Of a stretch of DNA of 64,000 bases, positions 1 through 19,811 are shown piece after piece. Location of the stretch: positions 32,001 to 96,000 of the forward strand of contig CAVSFC010000002.1 of NCBI GenBank assembly GCA_963727255.1. Direction: 5' to 3'. The notes beneath the pieces were generated by a model. That model did not search any database and was not told where the DNA came from. It saw nothing but the letters and a program-made list of their open reading frames with translations. Made by a program: the position numbers and the translations under genes. This DNA comes from an uncultured bacterium (lineage in GTDB: Bacteria; Babelota; Babeliae; Babelales; Vermiphilaceae). How positions within the stretch are numbered: the stretch's first letter is position 1; the number at the start of each line of letters is the position of its first letter.

Positions 1-2103
<2,103 letters not shown>

Positions 2104-2109
2104 GAAAAC

Positions 2110-2274
2110 CTATGAGATCTTTGTTATTGTTATGGTAATGCTCGAACGAATACCATTAAGCGCAAGGATATGGCTCAGCTCATTGCGCGCCGCAAGAGAA
2201 TCTTTAATTAGTGAATTAGGATAAGAATTTATAAAGGCTATTAAAGCAAAAATTAAAAATAGAAAATTCTTCAT
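2110..2274 (-). CDS. 54-aa secreted mini-protein; internally deleted paralog of 10499..11203
   Basis: Manual translation MKNFLFLIFALIAFINSYPNSLIKDSLAARNELSHILALNGIRSSITITITKIS*. AAGGA RBS upstream. C-terminus matches NGIRPSITLTISKVS of the 234-aa protein, and it sits in the same position just upstream of a collagen gene. Confidence 0.65.
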   Translation of the reverse strand: MKNFLFLIFALIAFINSYPNSLIKDSLAARNELSHILALNGIRSSITITITKIS

Positions 2275-2453
2275 TGTATATCCTTTTTATTTTCTTTGAA
2301 CCTATAAAAAATAAAAAGAAAAAGAAAGCAAAATTAAAAAACCTCTAAAAATAACGTTAAGAGCTCCCACCAAAAGGTTTAGGATTTAATTAAGTAAACG
2401 CTCAGGAGCAATCAGTTGCAGCTACTAATAGATTTGCAAGAGATAAAAATCTA

Positions 2454-4153
2454 TTAGTAGAGTGCATCTGCAGTCACTGCGACCATAGTATATACCTCAT
2501 TACCAAAACCTGTGGCAATACCAAATCCATTATTAGCCTCAGTTGTGGCGCATATGTGCTGAATTTCAAAGACACTCGCTTGAGAAATTGAAAACTGGCC
2601 CCGAATAAATGAAGTAGTCATTGATCCACCACTACTTGGCGAAAAGGCACTGGTGCCCAAAAGCTGAGTGGTGCCACTGGTAATGTTCTGTAATCGTGCC
2701 TGATGCCCATTAACAAGATATGCCGGCGCATTAGCATTGATGGTATAAAGCCCTGGCTGGAGGGTAAACTGATTATTTGCAAGCGTCGCAATTCCTGTAT
2801 TGCTGAGGGTATTCAATGTTCTTATCTGCCATGAACCCGCAGTAAACGTACCCCCATTGGTACCGGATGCTTCAGTCTCTGTTATCATTACAGAACTGCT
2901 GGCCACATTAACCACTCCGTTGATTTGCCATAAACTATCCAGCACGCCGGTGCTCTTATACGCAACAACAAGATAATCACTCACGCCAGTATTAACGATT
3001 GAACCAACACTTAAAATATCGCCCGTGCTAAGTATTTGAAGCGCATTTCCCGCGCTATCCCCTTGATACGAAAAAATCACATATCCGGTTGTATTAAAGG
3101 TAGTATCAAGCACACCCGCTGAAGTATACCGAATCACCAATAATGAATCGTCAGAAATTCCGGTCATCACGATATTTCCAGAACTATCAATTGCCACATC
3201 GGTTGCTTGGCTGCTCGTGCCAAGAGTATTTAAAACGATGCCATTGGTACCAAAACTTGTATTGAGCACCCCGCTGGAAGTATAAGCGGCCATACATAAA
3301 GAACTATCAGAAGAACCTGCAACTATAATTGCTCCGGATGATGTAACCGCAATCCCCATTGCTTTTGACCTGACACCTATTTGAGTTGTAACTACTCCCG
3401 GTTGGCTGCCCCCACTATTAAAGGAAGTATCAAGAGTTCCATTAGTATTAAACCGTGCTATAGCAAACTGATTGCCAGAAGAAAACGAAGCAACTCCCGC
3501 AACTAGAATTTTACCGTCTGATTGGATTGCAATCGCATTGCCAACTGTACTATACCCAATCTGCAAAGTAGCAACTCCGGGAGTTGATCCCGATGCATTG
3601 AACGAGGCATCAAGGCTTCCCGCGCTGGTATATCGTGCAACAAAAAGCTGCGGCACGTATGAAAAATTGGCAACACCCGCAACCAGAATATTTCCACTCG
3701 AATCAAGCGCCGCTGCGTTGCCGCTTGCACCACTGCCTAATGGGGTGGTAACAATACCATTCGTTCCAAAACTGTTGTTTAATGAACCATTACTTTCATA
3801 ACAGGCTAGCGCAATCTGGGTTGCCCCACCTATCATTGCATAGCCAACGGCAATACTCTGCCCATTCGATTTGTTTACAATTGCCAACGCAGTCGCACTT
3901 GTGCCGATAGCAGTGGTCGCCACACCCGTTCCGTTAAACGAATCATCCAAACTTCCATTGGCCAGATATTGAGCCACCACAAACTGATTGGTGTTATTAA
4001 CAACCCCAACACCGGCAACTATAGTTGCACCACTTGCTTCAAGAGCGCAAGCGTTAGCTTGTGCTTGGGTAATTGTTATGGCATGCACACTCAAAGATAT
4101 CTGGAAGATGCTAAAAAAAATGCTCAGTCTTTGTATTTTTTTCATTGGTATCA

Positions 4154-4154
<1 letters not shown>
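2454..4154 (-). CDS. Secreted delta-60 (DUF5122) repeat beta-propeller protein with C-terminal beta-sandwich domain
   Basis: Signal peptide (MKKIQRLSIFFSIFQISLSVHA; start may be 4145). Repeats of LARY..NGSLDxSFGTNG.V.T and AIQSDGKILVAG. ATG overlaps the TAA of the upstream gene. Confidence 0.85.
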
Positions 4155-10498
<6,344 letters not shown>

Positions 10499-11203
10499 TT
10501 AAGAAACCTTAGAAATTGTTAATGTTATACTTGGGCGAATGCCATTAACAGGGGTTAGAATTGAACTATTGCCACTATTTGCCTCAAGCTGAACAAATTG
10601 TGTTCCGCCTGTAAATTGAAGTTTTAAAGTATCGTTGACTGCAAAGCTGACAATAAATGAACGAGTTAATTCTAACGGGCGATTATTGGTCGGTTGCTGA
10701 ATTGATCCTTGGCTACCGGCAATTTCTGAACCATTTTGAAGAGCAATAATACTAATATCAGTGAGTTGCGAATCAGTAATTCTGCAAATCGCATCATATT
10801 CGATCAAATAATTACCCGCCTGTAAACAGGTAAATGTTGAATCCCCTAATGTGTGTGTCCAGCCATTAATGATTGGATCATCGGTAAAGGTGATATCCTC
10901 AAATGTGGGGGCCGGTACGCCAACCGTTTGAGTTTCAGAACTATAAGAAAAAACTGCTGCTGCATTAGAATTAATAGTGCCGCACACGGTGAGATTGCCG
11001 GATATTTGAGCATCGAGGCTTATACACAGATCTTGCCCTGAGATAATGCCCGGTGAATATATATTATCAAAAGTCGCAAAGCACGTGCCGCCCGTTGGAC
11101 ACGCAGGACAGGTGACTGTGGTTGTTATACTCTCCATGGAATTTGTTTGATGAAAATAAAAAAATAGGCACGTAAAAAAATAGATAAGGACAATTTGCTT
11201 CAT
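10499..11203 (-). CDS. Secreted protein with Cys-rich N-region and BclA C-terminal/C1q-like domain
   Basis: Signal peptide, CPACPTGGTC, and a C-terminal domain (AGNYLIEY...NGSEIAGSQ...LTRSFIV...ITLTISKV) homologous to the C-terminus of the 2111-aa protein. Confidence 0.75.
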   Translation of the reverse strand: MKQIVLIYFFTCLFFYFHQTNSMESITTTVTCPACPTGGTCFATFDNIYSPGIISGQDLCISLDAQISGNLTVCGTINSNAAAVFSYSSETQTVGVPAPTFEDITFTDDPIINGWTHTLGDSTFTCLQAGNYLIEYDAICRITDSQLTDISIIALQNGSEIAGSQGSIQQPTNNRPLELTRSFIVSFAVNDTLKLQFTGGTQFVQLEANSGNSSILTPVNGIRPSITLTISKVS

Positions 11204-11405
11204 ATTAACCCTTTAATTCAGATTGCTTAACACTAGATCGATGCTAAAAAAATTCTATTAAAAAAACAAGGCTTTAAATATTTTTGCATTTCATCAACAA
11301 TAATTTTAGATCGATAAAAAATAGGATTGCCACTTGCACAGTTCTTTTTTCTTGTATAGCATTGCCCGCGAAAGAAAAAATATCTCAGACTCTTTAGGAT
11401 TCTCT

Positions 11406-12944
11406 ATGAAAAAAATAATTTTTTTAGCATTTTTTATAACCCAAATATCAATAATTGCCGCGGGAGCCCGTGTTACTATCATCACCCCATTTTCTGCAGC
11501 TGACCCAGTCAAAGATTTCTTAAAAGAAATAACGAGCCATGATTATTTTGGAAAGACCGAGTTAATTATGATCACGATCAATCCAGGCAGTTTAGAAGAA
11601 CAAGAAATTAGCAAATATCACTATACATTCCGTAATATTAAATATCTTGTTGGTTCTGCAACCCAAACCATCAGTGCCCTTTTTAATCAGGCAATCGAAG
11701 CCGCTCAAGGAGAATTTATCACATTGATGCGCATTGAAGATTATCGGGATCCTCAAACGGTTAAAATGCAAATCGCTGCGCTTGAGAATAATGCATCTCT
11801 GGATGTGGTGTATTCTGATTATCACACCTCTTATTCGCCCAATACTCCAACCGATAAAGCTGATAATTGGTACCTGAATGAATTGCCTGAGTTTCATCCA
11901 CGCTGGCTCTATCGCGATATACCCGGATCTCATGCAATGTGGCGCAAATCATTGCATGAAACTATGGGTTTATTTAAAGAAGATTTTATCTTCCATTACC
12001 AATGGGAATTCTGGAATCGTTGTGGCCAAAATGGAGTTCAGTTCCAAAAAGTCCACGCAAGACCGGGAACCTACTTCTTTAATTATTTCGATCAAAAAAA
12101 GATTTTAATTGGAGAACAAGATTATGCAAAAAGTTATGATGAAGAAAAATATATTCATGATCAATATCAAAACATGTGGACCTCATTGCAGTTTGAAGAA
12201 AAACCATTTGTGATTATTACTCCATCCTATAAGAATAAAGATTGGTATAAACGTAATATCGATTCGATCATCAATCAAAACTATACCAATTATCGCATTA
12301 TCTATATTGATGATAAATCACCCGATCAAACGGGAAAATTAGTACAAGAATATGTAAAATCATTAGGCAAAGAAGATAGAATTAGCATCATTATCAATGA
12401 AGAAAATATTGGTGCGCTAGCAAACATTTATAAAGCAGTCCATTCATGCAAGCCGCATGAAATATGCATCATTGTTGATGGTGATGATGCACTAATCCAT
12501 AATGATGTCTTAAAACACTTAAACCTGGTTTATCAGGATCCTAATATCTGGCTCACCTACGGGCAATTTGAATGGTTCCCTGCACGCATTCCTGGTTTTG
12601 TATTTCAAGTTCCATATTGGGTAATAGAAAAAAATTGCATTCGGGAATATCGTTGGATCACTACCCATTTGCGAACATTCTACGCTGGTCTTTTTCATAA
12701 GATAAAAGAGGAAGACCTTAAATTTGAAGATACATTTTATCAAGCTGCCTGGGATTTAGGCATGATGTATCCGATGGTAGAGATGGCTTCTTATCATATT
12801 CGATTCATGAATGAAATTCTTTATAGCTATAACACCGCAAACCAAATTAACGATAATAAAGTAAAAGCAGATCTTCAGGCTAAAATCGATTATTTTATCA
12901 GGCACAAAGAACGATATACTCCGATTGCAGACTGGAGAAATTAG
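11406..12944 (+). CDS. Double-domain GT2 glycosyltransferase with signal peptide
   Basis: Likely start MKKIIFLAFF at 11406 (AGGA RBS). Second domain has IITPSY, IYIDDKSPD and VDGDD; first domain resembles 27015..28073. Confidence 0.85.
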   Translation: MKKIIFLAFFITQISIIAAGARVTIITPFSAADPVKDFLKEITSHDYFGKTELIMITINPGSLEEQEISKYHYTFRNIKYLVGSATQTISALFNQAIEAAQGEFITLMRIEDYRDPQTVKMQIAALENNASLDVVYSDYHTSYSPNTPTDKADNWYLNELPEFHPRWLYRDIPGSHAMWRKSLHETMGLFKEDFIFHYQWEFWNRCGQNGVQFQKVHARPGTYFFNYFDQKKILIGEQDYAKSYDEEKYIHDQYQNMWTSLQFEEKPFVIITPSYKNKDWYKRNIDSIINQNYTNYRIIYIDDKSPDQTGKLVQEYVKSLGKEDRISIIINEENIGALANIYKAVHSCKPHEICIIVDGDDALIHNDVLKHLNLVYQDPNIWLTYGQFEWFPARIPGFVFQVPYWVIEKNCIREYRWITTHLRTFYAGLFHKIKEEDLKFEDTFYQAAWDLGMMYPMVEMASYHIRFMNEILYSYNTANQINDNKVKADLQAKIDYFIRHKERYTPIADWRN

Positions 12945-13720
12945 GGTATCTGGAACTCTTTATGATTTTTAGAAAGCGCCAATACTTTTGGCATAAAAGG
13001 TAAATTCCAATATTCCGGATAACAATAGGAAGGCGAGAGAATTACCGTGGGAGGGTTATCGATAAAATAGCGATTAAGATGGCTTTCATCATGCCATTTA
13101 GCAATAATATTACGAGCAAGATCCTGCTCGATTCGTTCATTGCACGTGCGAGCCATTTTTAAAAATTCATCTTTAGTGCCACCATAAAATCCACCACAAA
13201 AGTAATGAGCCCCGTGGCCTTGGGGCACAAAGGCACATGAAAGCTCATTTCTATCATAATCATCACGCCGCTGCTCCGGCAAACAAAATCCTGGATGATG
13301 GGTTGCAACCCGTTCACCAAGAATCTCATCGCCAACAGGATCTACAAAAAGCATATCTGCATCAGTCGCAAATAAATAATCCATATCTTCAAAAGCGGCA
13401 GCAGCAGCATAATACACTTTAAAACGCATCATAGTATCAAAAGGCCAGCCAAGCCTTTTTTGTTCAATACGAACAATATGATCTGATTTTGGCACTTGAC
13501 CATCCGTAAAAATAAAATAGGTCCGCTCATGATTTAGCAAAAAATATTTATCTGCCGAAGCGCATAATTTCTCTAAAAAACCGGTGTATTTGCCGGTTGC
13601 CATAATGAGTAGCCCAACTTTATATTTTCCTTGCTCGTGCGCATATGCAAACAATGAACCTAAACTTAAAACGAATAGTAATAAAAAATGGGGCTTCAAT
13701 TGTTTTAGATTCAGATTCAT
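12941..13720 (-). CDS. GT6 family alpha-1,3-GalNAc/Gal transferase (ABO-like), signal peptide
   Basis: ATGKY, YFIFTD, W...TMMRF, DADM, GGFYGG and WHDESHLNRY motifs. Confidence 0.92.
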   Translation of the reverse strand: MNLNLKQLKPHFLLLFVLSLGSLFAYAHEQGKYKVGLLIMATGKYTGFLEKLCASADKYFLLNHERTYFIFTDGQVPKSDHIVRIEQKRLGWPFDTMMRFKVYYAAAAAFEDMDYLFATDADMLFVDPVGDEILGERVATHHPGFCLPEQRRDDYDRNELSCAFVPQGHGAHYFCGGFYGGTKDEFLKMARTCNERIEQDLARNIIAKWHDESHLNRYFIDNPPTVILSPSYCYPEYWNLPFMPKVLALSKNHKEFQIP

Positions 13721-13738
13721 GGGGTAAAATTCCTTTTC

Positions 13739-14707
13739 TTATTGATATTCCGGCACAATACAAGTCTCATGATTCATTTCAAAATTAATCTCATCGATAA
13801 AGGTAGTGCCATCAATTACCAGCCCGTGTGCTGGAGAAATTGCTAATGCATAATTTCCTAATTTAGATGCAATATAAGAAAAGTTAGAATCCGCACGTAT
13901 TAAACAATCAAACTTTAATAATGCAAAAAAATCATCTAAAACATTAACAAATTCATTATTAAGCGTTGTTCGGCAATCAAAGAGCATTCGATCGCAACGC
14001 ACTGCTTGTTTATATTTTTCTAAAAGCTCAAGCGGATTATCATGATCAGTAAAAAGATATACATAGATCTGAGAATCGCCAAATAAGGCTGCAATTTTTT
14101 TAAGCTGCGCAATAAAAAATGAATCAGGAGCAAACCGCAAAGGATGTGATGCGGTTAATTGCTCCGGGGTAATTCTATAGTTAGGAATATCCCACCCGGT
14201 TCCTCTCCTCACATGCACTGCAACGCTCAGACAATCACGTGGAATTTCAGGCGTTTTAACATCACAAAGAGGGCTAATCATTTGTTGCAATATGCCTTTA
14301 AATGCGGGCAGCTGCCATTCAACGGTAAATAAATAAGGAAAATCAGTATCATTTCTATTGAAGATTGATTCAGGAAAAAATGGAATAATATACAGATCAC
14401 CACTTTGAGGATCTATTTGTGTATTCTTATTGGCAACAATCACGCGAGAGAATTGTTGTTCCAATTCAGGGGTATAATGAATCTCTAAATAATGCATCCA
14501 TAATTGATCAGAATAATTAAAGGGCTTATATAAAAGCGGAATATTATACCGATATGAAATCCATTTGGCATGGCAATATGAAACCAAATTATCACCGAAG
14601 CGACCACCACTAAAATCATAGGTAACTGCACTTGATTTCGCTTTGAGATCCCCAATGCAAATAATACCCAATACAAAAATAGTAATAGAGATTTTTCTGC
14701 GCAGCAT
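13739..14707 (-). CDS. GT11-like (alpha-1,2-fucosyltransferase-like) protein, signal peptide
   Basis: GGRFGDNL, AVHVRRG, YLFTD and SNFS motifs. Confidence 0.7.
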   Translation of the reverse strand: MLRRKISITIFVLGIICIGDLKAKSSAVTYDFSGGRFGDNLVSYCHAKWISYRYNIPLLYKPFNYSDQLWMHYLEIHYTPELEQQFSRVIVANKNTQIDPQSGDLYIIPFFPESIFNRNDTDFPYLFTVEWQLPAFKGILQQMISPLCDVKTPEIPRDCLSVAVHVRRGTGWDIPNYRITPEQLTASHPLRFAPDSFFIAQLKKIAALFGDSQIYVYLFTDHDNPLELLEKYKQAVRCDRMLFDCRTTLNNEFVNVLDDFFALLKFDCLIRADSNFSYIASKLGNYALAISPAHGLVIDGTTFIDEINFEMNHETCIVPEYQ

Positions 14708-14728
14708 AAAAAAACCAACAGTTAAAGA

Positions 14729-15442
14729 TTAGTTATCCGAAACCATGATATGGAGTATGCATTCATCTTTGTGTTTTACTTCCTGCCAGATAAAACTTTT
14801 TACTTTTTCAAGCGAGTTCAAAAATGATTCCATCTTAGATTTACTATATTGATTATGATAGATAGGATATCCATTAGTATCTGCAACTACCATTCGATCA
14901 TTTGCGGCTGCGGTCGGCTTAATAAAGAAAACAATGAGCACCTCTTTCTTAGCAACCCGAACCATCTCTTCAATGGCATCTTTATATGCATCAAGATGCT
15001 CTAAAATAAAACGAGCGTAAACAACATCAAAAGCATCATCGCCACAAGGAATATCTTGTATTCTGCCCACTTGCGCCGGAATTCCGCGTTCTTTTACTTT
15101 AACAATGAATGTTGGCGATATATCAATTCCCAAATAAGTAAGATCGCGGCACGATTTTTTGAGGCCTTCATAATCTACTGCCAGGCCGCAGGCAATATCC
15201 AAGACTGATTGATATCCCTTATTAATAATGTGCAAGCGCGCTAAAATACGGGAAATTGCATTTTCATTTCCTTGCCAAAGCATAAAATCATCAAGCGATT
15301 TTTTTTCTCTGCATTTAATCTCCCACCACTTTTCATATTCTTTTAACGGCCCAACAGCATACGAAGGCTTTTCTACAGTGCTCTGTAGAAAACTTGGTAC
15401 CAATACTGCAACAAAAGACATTAAGCGTATAATTTTATTCAT
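14729..15442 (-). CDS. Class I SAM-dependent methyltransferase, signal peptide
   Basis: VLDIACG, GIDIS and FDVVYARFILEHL; paralog of 25322..25981. Confidence 0.85.
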   Translation of the reverse strand: MNKIIRLMSFVAVLVPSFLQSTVEKPSYAVGPLKEYEKWWEIKCREKKSLDDFMLWQGNENAISRILARLHIINKGYQSVLDIACGLAVDYEGLKKSCRDLTYLGIDISPTFIVKVKERGIPAQVGRIQDIPCGDDAFDVVYARFILEHLDAYKDAIEEMVRVAKKEVLIVFFIKPTAAANDRMVVADTNGYPIYHNQYSKSKMESFLNSLEKVKSFIWQEVKHKDECILHIMVSDN

Positions 15443-15470
15443 CGCGATACTCCTATTTTTTAAAACTCAC

Positions 15471-15549
15471 CCGTTCACTTTGAGGCCATAGGCCGAATGA
15501 GAAGTCATTTTTTATTTCTCGACTCGCATGATCTCGCTCGAAACGAACG
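15471..15549. repeat. REP-like inverted-repeat element
   Basis: Arms CCGTTC...GAG...GAGAA / TTCTC...CTC...GAACG in an intergenic region; related to elements at 31477, 37954, 39641 and 52999. Confidence 0.5.
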
Positions 15550-15620
15550 ATTACTATTTTTTGCAAGATCTCTCTTTTTCTACTCTAAATAGTTAATTTT
15601 TTCATTTTCTCCTTTTCACA

Positions 15621-16598
15621 TTACGCGTTCATTTCTATCGTAACTTCATCAATAATTGCCCTATCCCCTTCGAAAAAATAATTTTTGGGAGAAAAAACCA
15701 TAGTATAATCTCCAAGTTTCGATGCTACAAATGAATAGTGAGATTCCGGCCTAATCAGGCAATCGAAAGGGCTAAATGCCATACAGAAAAAATCTTCCAG
15801 TACATTTGCATCATGGCTATTGCCTTCTTTTCGATAATCAAATGTGATTCGATATTCACTCAAACAACTTTGGTAACGCTCGGCAATTTCTGCAGGATTA
15901 TCATGATCAGTAAAAATATATACGTAGAGCGGCTTAGGGCTATAAATATCTGCAATTCTCTTTAATTGATCAATATAGAAGGAATCGGGAGGTATTTTAA
16001 AGAGCAATGGCCCCTTATTCCGGTAACTTAAATCTTTAACATCAGTGCCTAATATAATGTCAAAATTGGTGCCCTTTCTGATATGCATAGCAACATTAAC
16101 ATATGCAGAAGAAAGTTTGATTCTCGGAATTTCCCTATCTACAGGATAGATCAGTTTTCGAAGCTTAGCTTTGAAAACTGGATCTTTCCAATCAACAGCA
16201 AAATAATAACGGTCAAACGGCTCCAGGCAAATTTCCAACGGTGATTCTGGGAAGAAAGGAATTAGATAAAGGATATCTGATTTTGAATCAATCGAGGATG
16301 GCTCATTAAATAATACTCGATCGGAAAAATTAAAATCCTTAGCGCTGTACCGCTTTTCTACGTAATGCATCACGAGTTGATCTGAATATTTAAATGGTTG
16401 GTAGAGCAAAGGAAGAGCATACCTATATGAGATCCATTTTGCATGGCAATATGCTAATAATTGATCACCAAAGCGCCCATCACTCATTAAATAAGTAACT
16501 GCGCTTTCTGGATAGAGAGATACTGCATTTGCAAGAATAGCAACCACAAAACACACTCTCAATCTCATGAACTTCTTCTCTTTCTTTACTATAGACAA
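15621..16598 (-). CDS. GT11-like (alpha-1,2-fucosyltransferase-like) protein, signal peptide
   Basis: GRFGDQL, AMHIRKG and YIFTDHD; paralog of 13739 and 28766; start may be 16568. Confidence 0.7.
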   Translation of the reverse strand: MSIVKKEKKFMRLRVCFVVAILANAVSLYPESAVTYLMSDGRFGDQLLAYCHAKWISYRYALPLLYQPFKYSDQLVMHYVEKRYSAKDFNFSDRVLFNEPSSIDSKSDILYLIPFFPESPLEICLEPFDRYYFAVDWKDPVFKAKLRKLIYPVDREIPRIKLSSAYVNVAMHIRKGTNFDIILGTDVKDLSYRNKGPLLFKIPPDSFYIDQLKRIADIYSPKPLYVYIFTDHDNPAEIAERYQSCLSEYRITFDYRKEGNSHDANVLEDFFCMAFSPFDCLIRPESHYSFVASKLGDYTMVFSPKNYFFEGDRAIIDEVTIEMNA

Positions 16599-16715
16599 AT
16601 ACTCTGTAATTGTTAGAATTTGCCAAACTGAATGCGTTTAATGCAATAAACATTATTATAGCCATTGAGTAATTGCAAGCAAAAAAAGAGGATTTTTTCA
16701 AACAAGGATTTAGTC

Positions 16716-17399
16716 TTGAAGCAACTCATCACTCTGATTTTATTTGGACTTCCCCTATGCAGCCCCGCAATAGATAAAATTATATTACAAGAGCATTTGC
16801 CCAATAATCCAATCATCATTGAAGCGGGTGGCTATGATGGTGGAGACACACAAGAAATGGCAGCACTTTGGCCGGCTGCGAGAATTTACTCATTTGAGCC
16901 TTTGCCCGATCTTTTTACAATACTTCAAGAAAAAACCAGAAATTATCCAAACGTTACTTGTATTCCACTGGCATTGAGCATTAAAACAGGCACTGCACAA
17001 TTCTTTGTAAGTTCTGTCCCTGGCGCGTTAAGCGGTTCAAGCTCATTACTAGAGCCAAACGAACACCTTGATTATTATCCAAGTGTCCATTTTGAAAATA
17101 AGATTGAAGTAAAAACTATCAATCTCGATGAATGGTGCTGCCAGAATAATCTTGATCATATCGATTTTATGTGGCTCGATATGCAAGGAGCCGAAATTGC
17201 CATGCTTAAAGCTGCTCCAAAGATGGTAAAGACAGTCTCTGCAATTTATATAGAGATTTCATTTGCTGAGCTTTATAAAGGCAGTTGCTTATTTGATGAG
17301 ACCTGCCAGTGGTTTGAATCGCACGGCTTTGAACTGAAATATTTAGAGATTGCATCTAGCCAAATCGAAGGCAATGCACTCTTTGCAAGAAAAAGATAA
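16716..17399 (+). CDS. FkbM-family methyltransferase, signal peptide
   Basis: IEAGGYDG, YSFEP and WLDMQGAE; likely TTG start at 16716 after AAGGA. Confidence 0.85.
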   Translation: MKQLITLILFGLPLCSPAIDKIILQEHLPNNPIIIEAGGYDGGDTQEMAALWPAARIYSFEPLPDLFTILQEKTRNYPNVTCIPLALSIKTGTAQFFVSSVPGALSGSSSLLEPNEHLDYYPSVHFENKIEVKTINLDEWCCQNNLDHIDFMWLDMQGAEIAMLKAAPKMVKTVSAIYIEISFAELYKGSCLFDETCQWFESHGFELKYLEIASSQIEGNALFARKR

Positions 17400-17410
17400 C
17401 GGTCAAAAAA

Positions 17411-18908
17411 ATGGGATCTGCAATGAAACATACATTGAATAAATCTATTATCCACGCATTGTATCTGGCATTAGTTATTCTTGTTACCCCCATCTCAGCA
17501 AAAATGGAAAAAAAAATCGTGGTAGCTATAACCTCCTTCAATAATAAAGACTGGTACAAAAAAAACTTGGACTCTGTTTTTAAGCAGAATTATACCAATT
17601 ATCGCATTATCTATATCGATGATTGCTCGCCTGATGGAACCGGTAAGCTAGTCCAAGCATATTTGATAGAAAATGAGCAAATGGGAAGAACTACGCTTGT
17701 GCTTCATCCAGAATGGAAAAGCCAGATGTTCAACCATTATCTGGCTGTTTATATGTGTGAAGATGATGAAATTGTCTGCCATCTCGATGGAGATGATGAA
17801 TTTTATGATGAAAATACCCTCAATATTATTAATGACTATTATCTTAATTATGATATTTGGCTCACGGTAGGGTCGCCTTTACTCTCTAATGGACATCGCA
17901 TGTCACTAATCCAAAGTAATATGTATGAAATAGTTGAAAAAAATAGTTATCGCAAAGATGGCTGGTATTTTAATCATCTGCGAACATTTTACGCATGGCT
18001 TTTTAAATTAATAAAACTTGAAGATCTTTTATATCAAGGCAATTTTGCAAATATGTCGCCAGCTCCGGATGTTGCAATTATGTACCCCATGTATGAAATG
18101 GCAGGCCGTCACGGTGCGATGCTGCCAGAACTCCTTTATATTGTTAACATTAAGAACCCCTTAAGCCAAATCTATCTCACGCCGCAACCAAAAATTCTTG
18201 AGCTTGCTAATACGATTCGATTTGAATGGCCCGAATATGCGCCATTATATGCGCCGGTAAAAAACAGAATGAAACAGTTTGAGAATAAGAAAGCTGATCT
18301 TATTATTTTGGGTAGATTCATTAAAACCAAGTATAGCCAAATCTATTAAGACCACTCTTGCCAATTTGACTAATATCAACACCATTTATGTTGTCTATGA
18401 AGATAAGGGTAGAAAAATCGCGAAAGACTTGGAATTTTTAAGATCAGAGCTGCCTGAATGTACTTTTATAGCACATGACGCAAATGCAACCTTCTTAAGT
18501 TCGTTATTGCGCCATATATTAGAAATGAGCGGTGATTATCTGATTTTTTCTTCTGCAGGCTGCGCGATAGACCATTGTATAGACATCAGTGAATGCATAA
18601 AAGAATTAGAAAGAACGTTTGCTTATGGGTTTTATCTGCATCTTAATTATCGCCAAGATTTAAAAAATCTTTGCGCACCACTTTCGGATTCTCTTATTGC
18701 TTGGCAACCAGGGTACACTAAAAATGTTTGGGAGTTTCCAAACTCGCTCGGCATGATTTTATATCGCAAAAAAGATGTGGTAGAAAAAATTAAAGCTATG
18801 AATTATTTTAAAATAAGTGAATTTATTGAGCAGTGGGCGCACCAAGCCATGGAAGAACGAGCCGTTGGACTATTTTATAAGAATGGTTCAGCAAAATCAT
18901 TCGAATGA
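17411..18908 (+). CDS. GT2 glycosyltransferase with C-terminal accessory domain, signal peptide; frameshift near 18305 joins 17411..18349 and 18279..18908
   Basis: IYIDDCSPDGT, HLDGDD and HLRTFYA; homologous to the second domain of 11406..12944; overlapping ORFs in adjacent frames. Confidence 0.75.
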
Positions 18909-19058
18909 TGAAATTAAAAAAATTATCAATCATCAATTGATTCGAAAATCAAGCAATCTCCAAATGGATAAATTAGATATTCGCCAAAGTGCTTATGCAA
19001 GCAGTTTTGTTCGGGCCAAGAAGAAAAAATTATTATTTTTTAGCTCAAAAGGAAACCT

Positions 19059-19787
19059 ATGAAGTTTAATTATTATTATATCTTAGCCCTACTTTTTCTA
19101 AAAACATTCTATTCGCACACACAATCTCTGGATGAACTTGGCATACAATATAATACCGATAAGAGTTCATTATTCCATTCGTATACAAAAATTTATGAAA
19201 AATATTTTAAAGATCTTAAAAACGAACCTATAAAATTTTTAGAAATCGGGTTCTGCCGCGGTGCTTCGGCACACATGTGGGAGAAATATTTTAATAATGC
19301 ACAATTATTTTTTATTGATATAGATCCCTCCGCACTAAATTTTTTAGATAATTTTAAACGCACAAGCTTGCATTTTGTAAACCAAGAAGATCCCGCGGAA
19401 TTAAATCAATTTATAGAGCAAGTCGGAAGCGATTTTGACATTATAATTGATGACGGTGGCCATACGATGAACCAGCAAATTACCAGCTTCAAAATCTTAT
19501 TTCCACACTTGAAAAGTGGTGGAATCTATGTCATAGAAGATCTGCACACTTCTTACCCATATGGTCCTAATTATGCCCTGGCATATGGCTCTGGAAATCC
19601 TGCCCAACAAACAGCAGTAGAATTCTTAAAAACGCTTATCGACTGCGTAAATCTACCCGGAGCACGCACTACTTGCGCAGATGTTTATAAATGCTCTCGT
19701 AATATTATTAGCGACTTGCCTTCCTATGCTGCTGATATCGAGGGCATACACTTTTATTGCTCACTGTGCTTTATTTTCAAGAAATGA
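19059..19787 (+). CDS. Class I SAM-dependent sugar O-methyltransferase-like (MycE-type motif), signal peptide
   Basis: TDK, FLEIG, DIIIDDGGH and GGIYVIEDLHTSY. Confidence 0.8.
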   Translation: MKFNYYYILALLFLKTFYSHTQSLDELGIQYNTDKSSLFHSYTKIYEKYFKDLKNEPIKFLEIGFCRGASAHMWEKYFNNAQLFFIDIDPSALNFLDNFKRTSLHFVNQEDPAELNQFIEQVGSDFDIIIDDGGHTMNQQITSFKILFPHLKSGGIYVIEDLHTSYPYGPNYALAYGSGNPAQQTAVEFLKTLIDCVNLPGARTTCADVYKCSRNIISDLPSYAADIEGIHFYCSLCFIFKK

Positions 19788-19811
19788 TAGCTGAAAAGTG
19801 CCGCGAGCGAT

